A stretch of 64,000 nucleotides of DNA, from NCBI GenBank assembly GCA_016182905.1, contig JACPFR010000005.1:76185-140184 (forward strand), written 5' to 3'. Under the pieces are notes generated by a model. It saw nothing but the letters and a program-made list of their open reading frames with translations. It was not told the origin of the DNA and did no database searches. Source of the stretch: Elusimicrobiota bacterium. Lineage in GTDB: Bacteria; Elusimicrobiota; Elusimicrobia; UBA1565; UBA9628. The translations under genes and the position numbers were made by a program. Positions 49,360 to 58,847 of the stretch are shown piece by piece. Each line of letters begins with the position of its first letter. Positions within the stretch are counted from its first letter, which is position 1.

Positions 49360-50355
49360 ATGACGCGCTTCAACCGGAACCAAGTGGACATCGACCCGGC
49401 CGCGGAGACGGCCCGCATCGTGGATTTCCTGCGGCGGAACGTCCGCCGGGAGATGAAGCGCAGGGGGGCCGTGGTGGGGATCAGCGGCGGCATCGACTCG
49501 GCCGTCGTGCTGGCCCTGTCCGTGCGCGCCTTCGGCGCGGGCAACGTCACCGCGGTGATGATGCCCGATCGCGATTCCGACTCCCTCAGCGAGAAGCTCG
49601 GGCGCGAGCTGGCCGCCGCCTACGGCGTCGAGCCGCTCCTGGAGGACATCACCAAGGCCCTGGACGGCTTCGACTGCTACCGGCGCCGGGACGACGCGAT
49701 CCGCCGGGTCTGCCCGGGATACGACGCCGACGCGGGCTGGAAGGCCAAGATCGTCCTCCCTCAGGACCTCCTCGAGTCCGGCTCGTTCAACGTCTACTCC
49801 GTCACCGTCATCGCCCCGGACGGCCGGGAGGAGACCCTCCCGCTGGGGGCGCGCGAGATGCTGGAGATAGTCGCCGCGTCGAACCTCAAGCAGCGCTCGC
49901 GCATGAGCATGCTGTATTTCCACGCCGAGGCGCGGCAGTTCGCCGTGATCGGCACGTCGAACAAGAACGAGCACGCCCAGGGCTTCTTCGTCAAGCACGG
50001 GGACGGGGGGGTGGACATCCAGGCGATCGCGCATCTGTTCAAGACCCAGGTCTATCAGCTCGCGCGGCACCTCGGCGTGCCGGAGAGCATCCAGCGGCGC
50101 ACGCCCACGACCGACACCTACAGCGCTCCCTGCGACCAGGCCGAGTTCTTCTTCCGGCTGCCTTTCTCGACCTTGGACCCGATCTGGTTCGCGCGGGAGA
50201 ACGACGTCCCCGTGCCCGAGGTCGCGAGCGGCATGGGCCTGCCCGAGGTGCAGGTCCAGCGGGTCTTCGACGACATCGCGGGCAAGCAGCGAGCCACCGA
50301 GTACCTGCGGCTCAGCCCGCCGATCCTCGAGCCGGCCAAGACGGCCTACGCGTGA
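49360..50355 (+). CDS. nadE: NAD synthetase-like amide ligase (NH3-dependent form with insertion)
   Basis: GISGGIDS, NLKQRSRM, GFFVKHGDGG and KTQVYQLA motifs. Confidence 0.85.
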   Translation: MTRFNRNQVDIDPAAETARIVDFLRRNVRREMKRRGAVVGISGGIDSAVVLALSVRAFGAGNVTAVMMPDRDSDSLSEKLGRELAAAYGVEPLLEDITKALDGFDCYRRRDDAIRRVCPGYDADAGWKAKIVLPQDLLESGSFNVYSVTVIAPDGREETLPLGAREMLEIVAASNLKQRSRMSMLYFHAEARQFAVIGTSNKNEHAQGFFVKHGDGGVDIQAIAHLFKTQVYQLARHLGVPESIQRRTPTTDTYSAPCDQAEFFFRLPFSTLDPIWFARENDVPVPEVASGMGLPEVQVQRVFDDIAGKQRATEYLRLSPPILEPAKTAYA

Positions 50356-50370
50356 ACGGAGGAGACATCA

Positions 50371-50667
50371 ATGGATAAGAACGCGAACGATCAGCACATC
50401 GAGACGGCGATACGGGGCTTCATCGCGACCGATCTCCTGTACAGCGAGGAGGGCTTCACCTATTCCGACGACGTCTCCTTGATCCGCGAGCGGATCATCG
50501 ATTCTCTCGGGGTCGTGGAGCTGGCGGCCTTCCTGTCCCGGCGCTTCGGCGTGCGCGTCGAGCAGTCGGAGGTCCGGCCGGAGAACTTCGACACGGTGAC
50601 GCGGCTGGCGGCCTTCGTGCGCCTCAAGCAGGCCGCGGCGCGCCCCGAAACGCTCGCGGCGGCCTGA
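50371..50667 (+). CDS. Acyl carrier protein
   Basis: 98 aa; IIDSLG phosphopantetheine site; PENFDT. Confidence 0.9.
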   Translation: MDKNANDQHIETAIRGFIATDLLYSEEGFTYSDDVSLIRERIIDSLGVVELAAFLSRRFGVRVEQSEVRPENFDTVTRLAAFVRLKQAAARPETLAAA

Positions 50668-50680
50668 GAGGAGAGCCTTC

Positions 50681-51592
50681 ATGGGAAAGAACCTGCTCAG
50701 CCCGGTCCGGGCCTCGCACCTGAGCCGGGCGCTGGGGCTCGAGCTCCTCGGCGAGGACCGCGAGATCCGGGAGCTGTGCGGCCTGGAGGCTCTCTCGGGC
50801 CACGGGCTGTCCTTCTCGCTGGACCGCAGCCCCGGGGCGGCCAGCTCCGGGACGGTCTTCGCCTCCGAGCCGTCGGCGTCGAGCTCCCTGACCGTCCTGC
50901 GCGCGGACAAGCCGAGGCTGGAGTTCATCCGCGCCCAGCACCTGCTCCAGGAGTCCCCGGGCTTCGAGGAGGACTCGGCGCCGCCCGACATCCATCCCAC
51001 CGCGCGGATCGGCCTCCACGCGGTCATCGAGAGCGGGGTGCGCATCGGGGAGGGGACCCGCGTCGGCAGCCTGGCGGTGATCAAGAGCGGCACGCGCATC
51101 GGCCGCCGCTGCGACATCAAGTCGGGGGCCGTGATCGGGGAGTCCGGGTTCGGCTTCGAGCGCGACGGCGCCAACCGGGCGCTGCGCATGATCCACATCG
51201 GGCGGGTGGTCATCGGCGACCACGTGGAGATCGGGAGCCTGACGACCGTCTGCCGCGGGGCCCTGGGGGACACGGTCATCGAGGATCACGTCAAGATCGA
51301 CGACCACTGCCACATCTCCCACAATTGCCGCATCGGCGAGGGCGCGATGATCACGGCCTGCGTAGCGGTCAGCGGCTCGGTCGCGATCGGCCGCGACGCC
51401 TGGCTCGCTCCGGGCTGCGCGCTCGTGCAGAAGTTATCCGTCGGCGCGGGCGCCTTCATCGGCATCGGCGCGGTGGTGACGCGCAGCGTCCCGGCCCGGG
51501 CCCGCGTCTTCGGCAACCCCGCGAAGCCCATTCCCGTGCTGGGCGCGCCCGCCGAGGGCCGCCGGCACGGGTCGCGGCGGAAGGACCGCTGA
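50681..51592 (+). CDS. LpxD-like hexapeptide-repeat N-acyltransferase
   Basis: Left-handed beta-helix repeats; GESGFGF, KIDD..HISHN and GNPAK motifs. Confidence 0.85.
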   Translation: MGKNLLSPVRASHLSRALGLELLGEDREIRELCGLEALSGHGLSFSLDRSPGAASSGTVFASEPSASSSLTVLRADKPRLEFIRAQHLLQESPGFEEDSAPPDIHPTARIGLHAVIESGVRIGEGTRVGSLAVIKSGTRIGRRCDIKSGAVIGESGFGFERDGANRALRMIHIGRVVIGDHVEIGSLTTVCRGALGDTVIEDHVKIDDHCHISHNCRIGEGAMITACVAVSGSVAIGRDAWLAPGCALVQKLSVGAGAFIGIGAVVTRSVPARARVFGNPAKPIPVLGAPAEGRRHGSRRKDR

Positions 51593-51618
51593 CGGCACCG
51601 GCTCGTCCGCCGCCGCCG

Positions 51619-52113
51619 TCAGCGGTGGCGGCGGTCGCGCGCGGTGCCGCGCGGCGGCTTCCTCCGATCCTTATCCCGATCCCGCTCCTGCTCCCCCGCG
51701 CCGCCGGCGGCGACCGTCTCCGGGGGCCGGGAGGTCCCCGTCACGGAGCGCAGGACGGAGAGCAGCTCGTCGTCGTCGGCCGGCTTGAGCAGCACCTTCG
51801 AGACGCCTTCCTCGTCCGCCCGGCGATGAAGGTCCTCGGTGGACCACGCGGTCATGACCACGATCGGCGTGCTTCGGGTCTCCGGGTCGTCGCGCAGCCG
51901 GCGGCACATCTCCCAGCCGTCCACGCGCGGCATCGCGATGTCGAGCAGGATGACCTCGGGCTTGAAGGCGGAGGCCTTCCTCAGCCCCTCGTCGCCGTCA
52001 TGGGCGACGGCAACCGTGAACCCCCAGCCCGACGATAGGCGTATCGCGAGCGCCTCGGTCAGGTCGCTCTCGTCGTCGACGATGAGCACTCGTCTACTTT
52101 TCAGATGCGTCAT
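51619..52113 (-). CDS. Single-domain response regulator
   Basis: LIVDD, LLDIAMP and KP motifs. Confidence 0.9.
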   Translation of the reverse strand: MTHLKSRRVLIVDDESDLTEALAIRLSSGWGFTVAVAHDGDEGLRKASAFKPEVILLDIAMPRVDGWEMCRRLRDDPETRSTPIVVMTAWSTEDLHRRADEEGVSKVLLKPADDDELLSVLRSVTGTSRPPETVAAGGAGEQERDRDKDRRKPPRGTARDRRHR

Positions 52114-53554
52114 GGCGTCCTCCGGCCGCGGCCGCCGCGGCCTGCGCGGCGACCGGCAGCGCGATGTTGAAGCCCGCTCCCCGGCCCGCGACGTTCTCCG
52201 CCCAGATGCGGCCGCCGTTGATGGTCATGATCTCCCGGCAGATGGCCAGGCCCAATCCCGTTCCTTTGTAGCCCTCGCCGCCCTTCGGGCGGTCGAGCTG
52301 GACGAACTTGTTGAAGAGGTCCGCGCTCCGTCCCTCGGGGATGCCCTTGCCGTCGTCGATGACGCTGATGACGACCTCCTCGGCGACGCGCTTGACCCGG
52401 ATCTCGACGCGCTCCCGCGCGTAGCGCAGGGCGTTGTCGAGCAGGTTCGACAGGACCTGCGAGATCATGTCCCGGTCGGCCTTCACGCGCGGCAGGCCCT
52501 TCGCCGCGTCCACCGTCAGGGAGACGCTCCGGCTCCGGTAGGTCATGCGCAGGTCGTCGGCGATCTCCCGCACCAGCTCCCCGGGGTCGAGCGGGGCGAG
52601 GTCGGCCAGCGCGTTCCCGGACTCGAGGCGCGACAGGTCGAGGAAGTTCGAGAGGATGCGCGCCAGCCGGGAGACGTTCCGGTCGGCCATGCGGATCATC
52701 TTCTCCTGGTCCTCGGTCAGCGGGCCGGCGAGGCGGTCGCGGATCGTGCCGACGGCCATCTTGATGATGCTCAGCGGCGTGCGCAGCTCGTGCGAGACCG
52801 TGCTGAGCAGCTTGTCCTTGAGCTGATCCATGCGCCGGCGCTCCTTGACCTCGGCCCGGACCTGCTCGAGCTTGCGCAGCTCGGTGATGTCCCGGATCGA
52901 GACCAGGCGCGCCGGGGCGCCCCGCCATTCGACCGGGGCGGCGCGAAGCTCGGCCGTGACCGGCCCCTTCGCCCCGCGCAGCTCGATCTCGGTCGCGCCT
53001 TCGCCCCGGATGGGATGCTCGAAGAGCCGCCCCTGCACCTGCTCGGCCTTGCGGTCGAGCAGGGCCAGCGCGGCGGGGTTGGCGTACCGGACCATGCGCT
53101 CCGAGTCGACGATGACGATGCCGTCCGGCGACGCGGCGACGAGGCTCTCCATCTGCCGGAACAGCCGGCTGCGCTCGAGCGCGAAGCCGACCGCGCGGCT
53201 CAGCTGCTGCTGGTCGACCTTGCTCTTGATCAGGAAGTCCTGAGCGCCCTCGCCGATGGCCTTGAGCCCCGTTTCCTCCAGCGCGAGGTTGGTCAGCACG
53301 ACGACCGGGACCCCGGGCGCGCGCCGGCGCAGCGCGGCCAAGGTCTCCAGCCCCTGGCTGTCCGGGAGCATCAGGTCGAGCAGGACGATGTCGAACTCGC
53401 GGCGGGCGAGCAGGTCGAGTCCCTGGGCGAGGCTGACGGCGCTCTCCACCTCGTGCTTCATGGACCCGCCGCACGCCTCGTCGATGTACAGGTTCATCAG
53501 CAAAGTGTAGTCGGGATCGTCCTCGATCAGCAGGATCCTTATGTTTTTGTCCAT
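52094..53554 (-). CDS. Hybrid receiver-PAS-histidine kinase
   Basis: N-terminal receiver (IEDD, LDLMLP); SHELRTPL, NLLDNA, DDGKG and GTGLGL motifs. Confidence 0.93.
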   Translation of the reverse strand: MDKNIRILLIEDDPDYTLLMNLYIDEACGGSMKHEVESAVSLAQGLDLLARREFDIVLLDLMLPDSQGLETLAALRRRAPGVPVVVLTNLALEETGLKAIGEGAQDFLIKSKVDQQQLSRAVGFALERSRLFRQMESLVAASPDGIVIVDSERMVRYANPAALALLDRKAEQVQGRLFEHPIRGEGATEIELRGAKGPVTAELRAAPVEWRGAPARLVSIRDITELRKLEQVRAEVKERRRMDQLKDKLLSTVSHELRTPLSIIKMAVGTIRDRLAGPLTEDQEKMIRMADRNVSRLARILSNFLDLSRLESGNALADLAPLDPGELVREIADDLRMTYRSRSVSLTVDAAKGLPRVKADRDMISQVLSNLLDNALRYARERVEIRVKRVAEEVVISVIDDGKGIPEGRSADLFNKFVQLDRPKGGEGYKGTGLGLAICREIMTINGGRIWAENVAGRGAGFNIALPVAAQAAAAAAGGRHDASEK

Positions 53555-54012
53555 GTCGCTCCTCCGCCGCCCGGAAGCTCGACCATCTCGAGCCAGTAGC
53601 ATCTGAGTAGATTGGCCGCCGACACGAAATCGGCGAACGTCACCGGCTTATGGATGAAGGAGCAGGCTCCGAGGTCGTACGAGCGGATGACGTCCTCCTC
53701 GGCGCTCGAGGTGGTCATCACGATGATCGGTATCCGCCTCAGCTCCGGGTCGGCCTTGATCCTCGCGAGCGCCTCGCGGCCGTCCATGCGCGGCATGTTG
53801 AGGTCCAGGATCACGAGGCGCGCCCCGCTCGGGGAGGCGGCGCCGTCCTTCGCCGGGCTCCGCTTCAGCGTCTCGAGCAGCTCCTCGCCGTTCTTGACCC
53901 AGACGAGCTCGTTGCGCAGGCCGGCTTTCTCGAACGCGCTCTTGGTCAGGAAATAGTCGTCCTCGTCGTCCTCGGCGATGATCAGCTGAACGCTTTTTCT
54001 TGGGGCTGCCAT
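53539..54012 (-). CDS. Single-domain response regulator (Rcp1-like)
   Basis: AEDDEDD, LDLNMP, TTS, HKP and C-terminal YWLEMVELP. Confidence 0.9.
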   Translation of the reverse strand: MAAPRKSVQLIIAEDDEDDYFLTKSAFEKAGLRNELVWVKNGEELLETLKRSPAKDGAASPSGARLVILDLNMPRMDGREALARIKADPELRRIPIIVMTTSSAEEDVIRSYDLGACSFIHKPVTFADFVSAANLLRCYWLEMVELPGGGGATWTKT

Positions 54013-55703
54013 GCCATCCTCCCTTCCTGCGAGACGGGCAGGACCACCTTGAACTCGGCGCCGCGCCCCGGAGCGCTCGCCGCGCCGATCGTCCCGCCGT
54101 GGCGGGAGACGATCTTCCGGCAGATCGCCAGGCCCATCCCGGTGCCTTGGTATTCGGCGCTGGACTGCAGCCGCTGGAACGGCTGGAAGATCCGCTCCGC
54201 GAACTTCATGTCGAAGCCGACGCCGTTGTCGGAGACGACGAGCTCGCACAGCCCGTCCTCCGTCGCCTTCCCGCTCACGCGCACGCGGGGCGCCGCGCCG
54301 GGCGCGTGGAATTTGACGGCGTTGGACAGGAGGTTCTGGAGCAGCTGGCGCATCTGCAGGGGATCGGCGCTGATCCGCGGGAGGTCTCCGATCTCGACGC
54401 GGGCCCGCGCGCGGGAGATCTCGTGGTCGAGGCTCTCCACGACGTCCCGGGTCAGCGCCCCCAGGTCCACGACCTCCGCCGGGGCGCCGCGCGTCGACAC
54501 CCGCGAGAGCGCCAGGAGCGCGTCGATGAGGCTCTGCATCCCGTCGACGGCGCGGAGCATGCGGCGAAGATAATCGCGGCCCTCCTCGTCGAGCTTTCCT
54601 TCGACCTTCTCCTGGAGCCGGCTGCCGAAGGCCTTGACCTTGTGCAGGGGCGCGCTGAGGTCGTGCGAGGCCACGTAGGCGAACTGGCTGAGCTCCTGGT
54701 TCGAGCGGCTCAGCTCGGCCGTGCGCCGCTCGAGCTCCTGCGCCCGGGCGCGGCGCTGCTCGTTCCTCCGCTCGGTGACGTTCTCGAAGGCGACGCCGAC
54801 CTCGGGACCGCCGAGCGGGAAGACGTTCACGTTGAAATAGGCTCCCGGAGCGTGCCGGCTCGTGAACTCGTGGAGGACGCGGCTCTCCCCGGTCTTGAGC
54901 GCCGACACGCAGGCCGCGGGGAGCTCGGTCGCGAAGGACTCGGGGGAGAACTCGCTCAGCAGGGCCCCCGCCGCGCGCGCGCCTTCGGCCCCGGCCAGGG
55001 ACCGCCCCGCCGCGTTCAGGCTGACGACGCGCAGCGACGCGGCCTTTTCGGGCTCGTCGAGGCGCAGGATCAGGAGGCCGATCGGCAGGCGGTCGAACAG
55101 CCGTCCGCTGAACTCCGGCGGAGCGGCCGCCGAGCGGCGCGCGCCGAAGGGCGGCGGCCGGGCGCCGGCCAGGAGCAGCGGCGCGACGACGAGAAGGCCC
55201 GAGGCGTTGCCGATCCACCAGATCGCGGCGGCCCGCGCCCAATCGAGGCCCGGGGGCGCGCCGGCGGCGGCGAGCGCGAGCAGCTCGAAGCCCGGGCTGA
55301 CCAAGGCGATCAGCGCCGCCGCGGCCCATAAGAACGCCGCCGATCCCGCGCGGCGGAAGACGGCCGCTCCCATCAGGGCCTGCGCGGCGGCTCCCAGCCC
55401 GGCCAAGGCCATCGCCGTCAGGCCGGGGACGAGGGCCGCGCCGGCGCCGGCGGACGAGGGCCGCTCGTAGGCCAGCGCGGCGCCGAAGAAGACGCCGAAG
55501 GCGGCGCCCGGCCCCCACAGCGCCGTCGCCGCGAGCGCGAATCCGGCCGCGGGCCAGAAGGGGGCGGCGTCGGCGGGGCCGGTCGAGAGGTTCAGGCCCG
55601 CGCGGGAGAGCGCATAGACGCCGACGGCCGAGGCGCACGCCAAGAGCCACTGCTCCAACGCCTCCCGGCCGCGGAACGCCGGCCGGGACTCTTGACCCCC
55701 CAT
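53982..55703 (-). CDS. Membrane sensor histidine kinase (MASE1-like, PAS-like, HisKA/HATPase)
   Basis: FWPAAG and WWIGNASG (MASE1-like); FAYVASHDL, NLLSNAVKF, DNGVG and GTGMGL motifs. Confidence 0.9.
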   Translation of the reverse strand: MGGQESRPAFRGREALEQWLLACASAVGVYALSRAGLNLSTGPADAAPFWPAAGFALAATALWGPGAAFGVFFGAALAYERPSSAGAGAALVPGLTAMALAGLGAAAQALMGAAVFRRAGSAAFLWAAAALIALVSPGFELLALAAAGAPPGLDWARAAAIWWIGNASGLLVVAPLLLAGARPPPFGARRSAAAPPEFSGRLFDRLPIGLLILRLDEPEKAASLRVVSLNAAGRSLAGAEGARAAGALLSEFSPESFATELPAACVSALKTGESRVLHEFTSRHAPGAYFNVNVFPLGGPEVGVAFENVTERRNEQRRARAQELERRTAELSRSNQELSQFAYVASHDLSAPLHKVKAFGSRLQEKVEGKLDEEGRDYLRRMLRAVDGMQSLIDALLALSRVSTRGAPAEVVDLGALTRDVVESLDHEISRARARVEIGDLPRISADPLQMRQLLQNLLSNAVKFHAPGAAPRVRVSGKATEDGLCELVVSDNGVGFDMKFAERIFQPFQRLQSSAEYQGTGMGLAICRKIVSRHGGTIGAASAPGRGAEFKVVLPVSQEGRMAWQPQEKAFS

Positions 55704-55732
55704 GGTCCACCTCCCGATGATCCCCTAATACG

Positions 55733-55776
55733 AGGTTACTCGGAATGAAGGCGCAAGCCCATGGATGGCGTGTAAA
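55733..55776 (-). promoter_or_regulatory. Shared-motif promoter 2 (kinase operon)
   Basis: TTTAC-N6-TCCAT-N22-TAACCT. Confidence 0.6.
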
Positions 55777-55808
55777 GCTATTGCGCTCGGCCCGTCACAC
55801 GCGGCCCG

Positions 55809-56414
55809 TCAGGACGCGCCGAGGGCGAGGCAGACCCGCTCGCCGGACGGCAAGCGGACGTCGATGGGCGACTTGCCGGGCTGCGGCGCGGGGGGAGCGG
55901 CGCAGTCCACGCGGGTGAACACCAGCTGCAGGCTTTCCGACGTCTCCGCGCCGAGCCGCGCCGGGTCGAGCATCTTGTCCACGATGGTGTGATAGCGCTT
56001 CAGGATCGGAACGCGCTCTTCCTTGAACCAGCGCCAGTAGGCCGAGTCGGGGAATTCCCGCCGCTGATAGAGGTCCGCGCTCTCGATCGCGCCCCGATCC
56101 ACCCACTGGATCCAGTTCCGGGCTCCGGCGTCGAGGTAGCCGAACTCGCTGCCCGCCGGCTCGTCCTGAGCCAGCTCCTGGGTGTGATAGAGGATGGCCA
56201 CCGGCGTCTTCGTGCCGGGGGCGTAAAGGACGTGGCCGTGGTCGAAATCACGCTCGTCGCCGAGATGGCGGAACGCCTTCATGTAGAGCTTGTCGACGAA
56301 CCCCTGGAGAAGGGTCTGCATCCGGGCGGGCTCGATGCCTCCGGCGGGAGAGGCGGCGCGCGAGGGGGCGGCGATCGCGAAGGACAATATGAGGAACAGG
56401 AGTCGTATCGGCAT
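55809..56414 (-). CDS. Secreted hypothetical protein
   Basis: Signal peptide; 201 aa; two C-terminal Cys; TATCCT 7 nt upstream of ATG. Confidence 0.75.
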   Translation of the reverse strand: MPIRLLFLILSFAIAAPSRAASPAGGIEPARMQTLLQGFVDKLYMKAFRHLGDERDFDHGHVLYAPGTKTPVAILYHTQELAQDEPAGSEFGYLDAGARNWIQWVDRGAIESADLYQRREFPDSAYWRWFKEERVPILKRYHTIVDKMLDPARLGAETSESLQLVFTRVDCAAPPAPQPGKSPIDVRLPSGERVCLALGAS

Positions 56415-56475
56415 TGTTGAAAGGATATGTTTTTCATGTTACAGCCGTATTGCTTCATCCGCCGATCAAAATACC

Positions 56476-56519
56476 GTCACCCGGCCGCCATGGCCAAGGC
56501 GGGGGAGGCCTTGTATATT
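56476..56519 (+). promoter_or_regulatory. Shared-motif promoter 3
   Basis: GTCAC-N6-GCCAT-N22-TATATT; further 11-bp-phased TTCAT (56454) and ATCAA (56465). Confidence 0.65.
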
Positions 56520-56553
56520 GCCCTCAGGCTCGACGATGGGCAAGGAGGCGGCC

Positions 56554-57678
56554 ATGCTGGAGACGAACATCGGCGCATTGGCGTTATTCGTTCTGCTGGG
56601 CGGCGCGCGCGCGCAGATCCAAGCGGCGCCGGAGGAGGCCGCGCCCCGGCTCCAGATCACGCGCATGGGCGGACGCGTCGAGGTCGAGCCCGGGAGCTCC
56701 GGCGAGAGCGCCGCGCCGAGCCTTCCCTACCTTCCTTCGGGCTCGATCGTCCGGGTGCGCTCGGGCTTCGCCGTGCTGGACTCCGACTACCACGCGAGCG
56801 TGCGCGCCGCGGAGGGCGACGTCTTCCAGTTCCTGGCCATACGGCCGGAGGGAAGCCGGTCGGGGACCATGCGGATCGCCGCGGTCGAGAAGGAGCCCCG
56901 GTCGCTCGAGGTCAGCGTCGGCGACCGCAAGTTCCGCCTCCGGAAGGGCGGGGCGATCTCGGTCACCTCGGTCTGGGCGGGCGAGATGCTCGTCCGCAGC
57001 GAGGGCGCCGGGGCCTTCCTCGCGCCGGGGAGCCTGGCCAACGACGGCTCGATCCTCTCCGAGGTGCGCCGGATGCCCCCCGGGGACGCCGTCACCGTGA
57101 TCGTGCCGGAGGCGGCCGGATTCGAGCATCCCGCGATCGAGCGCTCGAAGCTCGACGTCTCGGGCGGCGGCGGCCGGACCCTCGTCGTCGAGGCGGCCCG
57201 GCCCGCGGAGCCCGCGCTGCGCGCCCGGGAGGCCGAGGCCCGGCGCATCCTCACCGGCTGGCCCGTGACGGCGCAGAGGACCGCGGAGGTCATCATGGAG
57301 AAGTACGGGCCGCCGGACCTGGCCATCTCGGACCGCCTCTCCTGGTACGACAACGCCCCGTGGAAGATCACCACCGTCTATCGCGATCCCAACGAGCACA
57401 TCGACGTCCTCGAGCAGACGATCGGCTACTCGGTGCCTCGGGACAAGGTGCAGGCGCTGGCCGAGCTCGACGTCGCGCTGCGGCTGAGCCGGGACGGCCG
57501 GGAACTGTCGGCGACCAGCGAGTCGGAGGAGACGAACTTCCTGGCCTTGAACCTCGCCGACGACGTCGTCCGGGAGCGGCGGTCGCCCGGCGAGGCGCGC
57601 GGGTTCTACCTCAAGACCGTCATCCAGATGAACGCCGGGAGATCCTCACCGTACCTCAAGGGCCTGCGCTTCCGCTGA
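56554..57678 (+). CDS. Exported two-domain hypothetical protein
   Basis: RBS aaggagg; signal peptide; beta-rich N-half; C-terminal domain WP...KYGPPD...PWK...HID...NFLALNL. Confidence 0.8.
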   Translation: MLETNIGALALFVLLGGARAQIQAAPEEAAPRLQITRMGGRVEVEPGSSGESAAPSLPYLPSGSIVRVRSGFAVLDSDYHASVRAAEGDVFQFLAIRPEGSRSGTMRIAAVEKEPRSLEVSVGDRKFRLRKGGAISVTSVWAGEMLVRSEGAGAFLAPGSLANDGSILSEVRRMPPGDAVTVIVPEAAGFEHPAIERSKLDVSGGGGRTLVVEAARPAEPALRAREAEARRILTGWPVTAQRTAEVIMEKYGPPDLAISDRLSWYDNAPWKITTVYRDPNEHIDVLEQTIGYSVPRDKVQALAELDVALRLSRDGRELSATSESEETNFLALNLADDVVRERRSPGEARGFYLKTVIQMNAGRSSPYLKGLRFR

Positions 57679-57733
57679 GGCGCGGCCGCCCCGAGTGGGC
57701 CCGGGCGCGCGAGCGCGCCCGGGCCTCGCGGCG

Positions 57734-58021
57734 CTAGCCCCGGACCGTGAACAGCCGCGGCTGGGTGACGAGCATCGAGCCGTCGGCTTCGATCACGCGC
57801 GACACCGCGATGTGGTCGCCCTCGTCCTGCGGGGTCCAATCGAACCACCAGTAGCCGGCGTCCATGCGGCAGGGCTTCCATTCCCCGTCGTCGATGGAGA
57901 GGCGGACCTCCTTCGCGTCGGACGGGGCCGTGACGCGGAAGCTGTAGTCCTGGCCGGGAGCGAGCGTCTCTCCCGCGCGCGGATAATCGACGCCGACGGT
58001 CTTCAGCGGAGCTTGGATCAT
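57734..58021 (-). CDS. Small Ig-like hypothetical protein, paralog B
   Basis: RBS aggaga before ATG 58021; LSIDDGEWKPCRMDAGYWWFDW. Confidence 0.8.
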   Translation of the reverse strand: MIQAPLKTVGVDYPRAGETLAPGQDYSFRVTAPSDAKEVRLSIDDGEWKPCRMDAGYWWFDWTPQDEGDHIAVSRVIEADGSMLVTQPRLFTVRG

Positions 58022-58105
58022 GGGGTGTCTCCTGTGCGAGGTTGATTTGCGAGCGGTCATTCTAAGGATGCCGGCTGCCGGCCGGGCGGTCTCCGCCCTC
58101 CTGCC

Positions 58106-58651
58106 TTAATTCGCGACCGGCACGCGCGTCCGAGGGAAATCCATCTTCGTCGCCGCCACGTGGTTGGTGTAGTTGGTGAAGATGTTCATGACGGTCGAGG
58201 CGACGATCTCGAGGACGGCGGCGTTGCCGAAGCCGGCGGCCTTGAGCGCGGCGACCTCCGAGTCGCTGACCCGGCCGCGCTTCTGCACGAGCGCCTTCGC
58301 GAAGCGGAGAGCCGCGAGGGTCTTGGGATCGGCGGAGTCCCCCGCCTGGGCGCGCAGCAGCTCCGCTTCGTCCACCTTGAGGTTCTTGCCGGCCTCCGTG
58401 TGGACGGCCAGGCAGTACTCGCTCTCGTTCTCCGAGGCCACCGCCACGGCCAGCAGCTCCCGCAGCCGGGTGTCGAGGGACGTCTGGGAGAGCGCGTCGT
58501 GCAGGCGCATGTACGCGTTCAGCACCGCGGGCGAGTTCGCCATCGTCGCGTGCAGGTTCGGCACGCGTCCCATCTTCCGCTGCACCGCGTCGAGCTGCTC
58601 CCTCGTCCTCCCCGCCGCCTTCGACAAGTCCGCCGCCGGAATCCTCTGCAT
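58106..58651 (-). CDS. Carboxymuconolactone decarboxylase / AhpD-like protein
   Basis: GRVPNL...ANSP...RELLAVAVA.ENESEYCLAVH...NIFTNY; RBS aggagg. Confidence 0.88.
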   Translation of the reverse strand: MQRIPAADLSKAAGRTREQLDAVQRKMGRVPNLHATMANSPAVLNAYMRLHDALSQTSLDTRLRELLAVAVASENESEYCLAVHTEAGKNLKVDEAELLRAQAGDSADPKTLAALRFAKALVQKRGRVSDSEVAALKAAGFGNAAVLEIVASTVMNIFTNYTNHVAATKMDFPRTRVPVAN

Positions 58652-58775
58652 GGCCGCCTCCTGGTTCGATGTTCGTGCGCGTCGGGATGATTCTAGCGCA
58701 GCCGCCGTTGACGGTTCCGTACCAATCCATTGACGGCCGCGCCCCGCGCTCCGGCGACGTCCTCCCAACGAAAGG

Positions 58776-58819
58776 GTTACATCCCGGCCATGGCCTCCCC
58801 GCGCGGCGGCTCCTATAAT
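58776..58819 (+). promoter_or_regulatory. Shared-motif promoter 4
   Basis: GTTAC-N6-GCCAT-N22-TATAAT. Confidence 0.7.
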
Positions 58820-58847
58820 CTTCGCGACGGCGGCGCCCGGAGGACGT

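Noticed and set aside
47055-49550. 831-aa (-) and 665-aa (+) ORFs
   Set aside because: Shadow frames of asnB.
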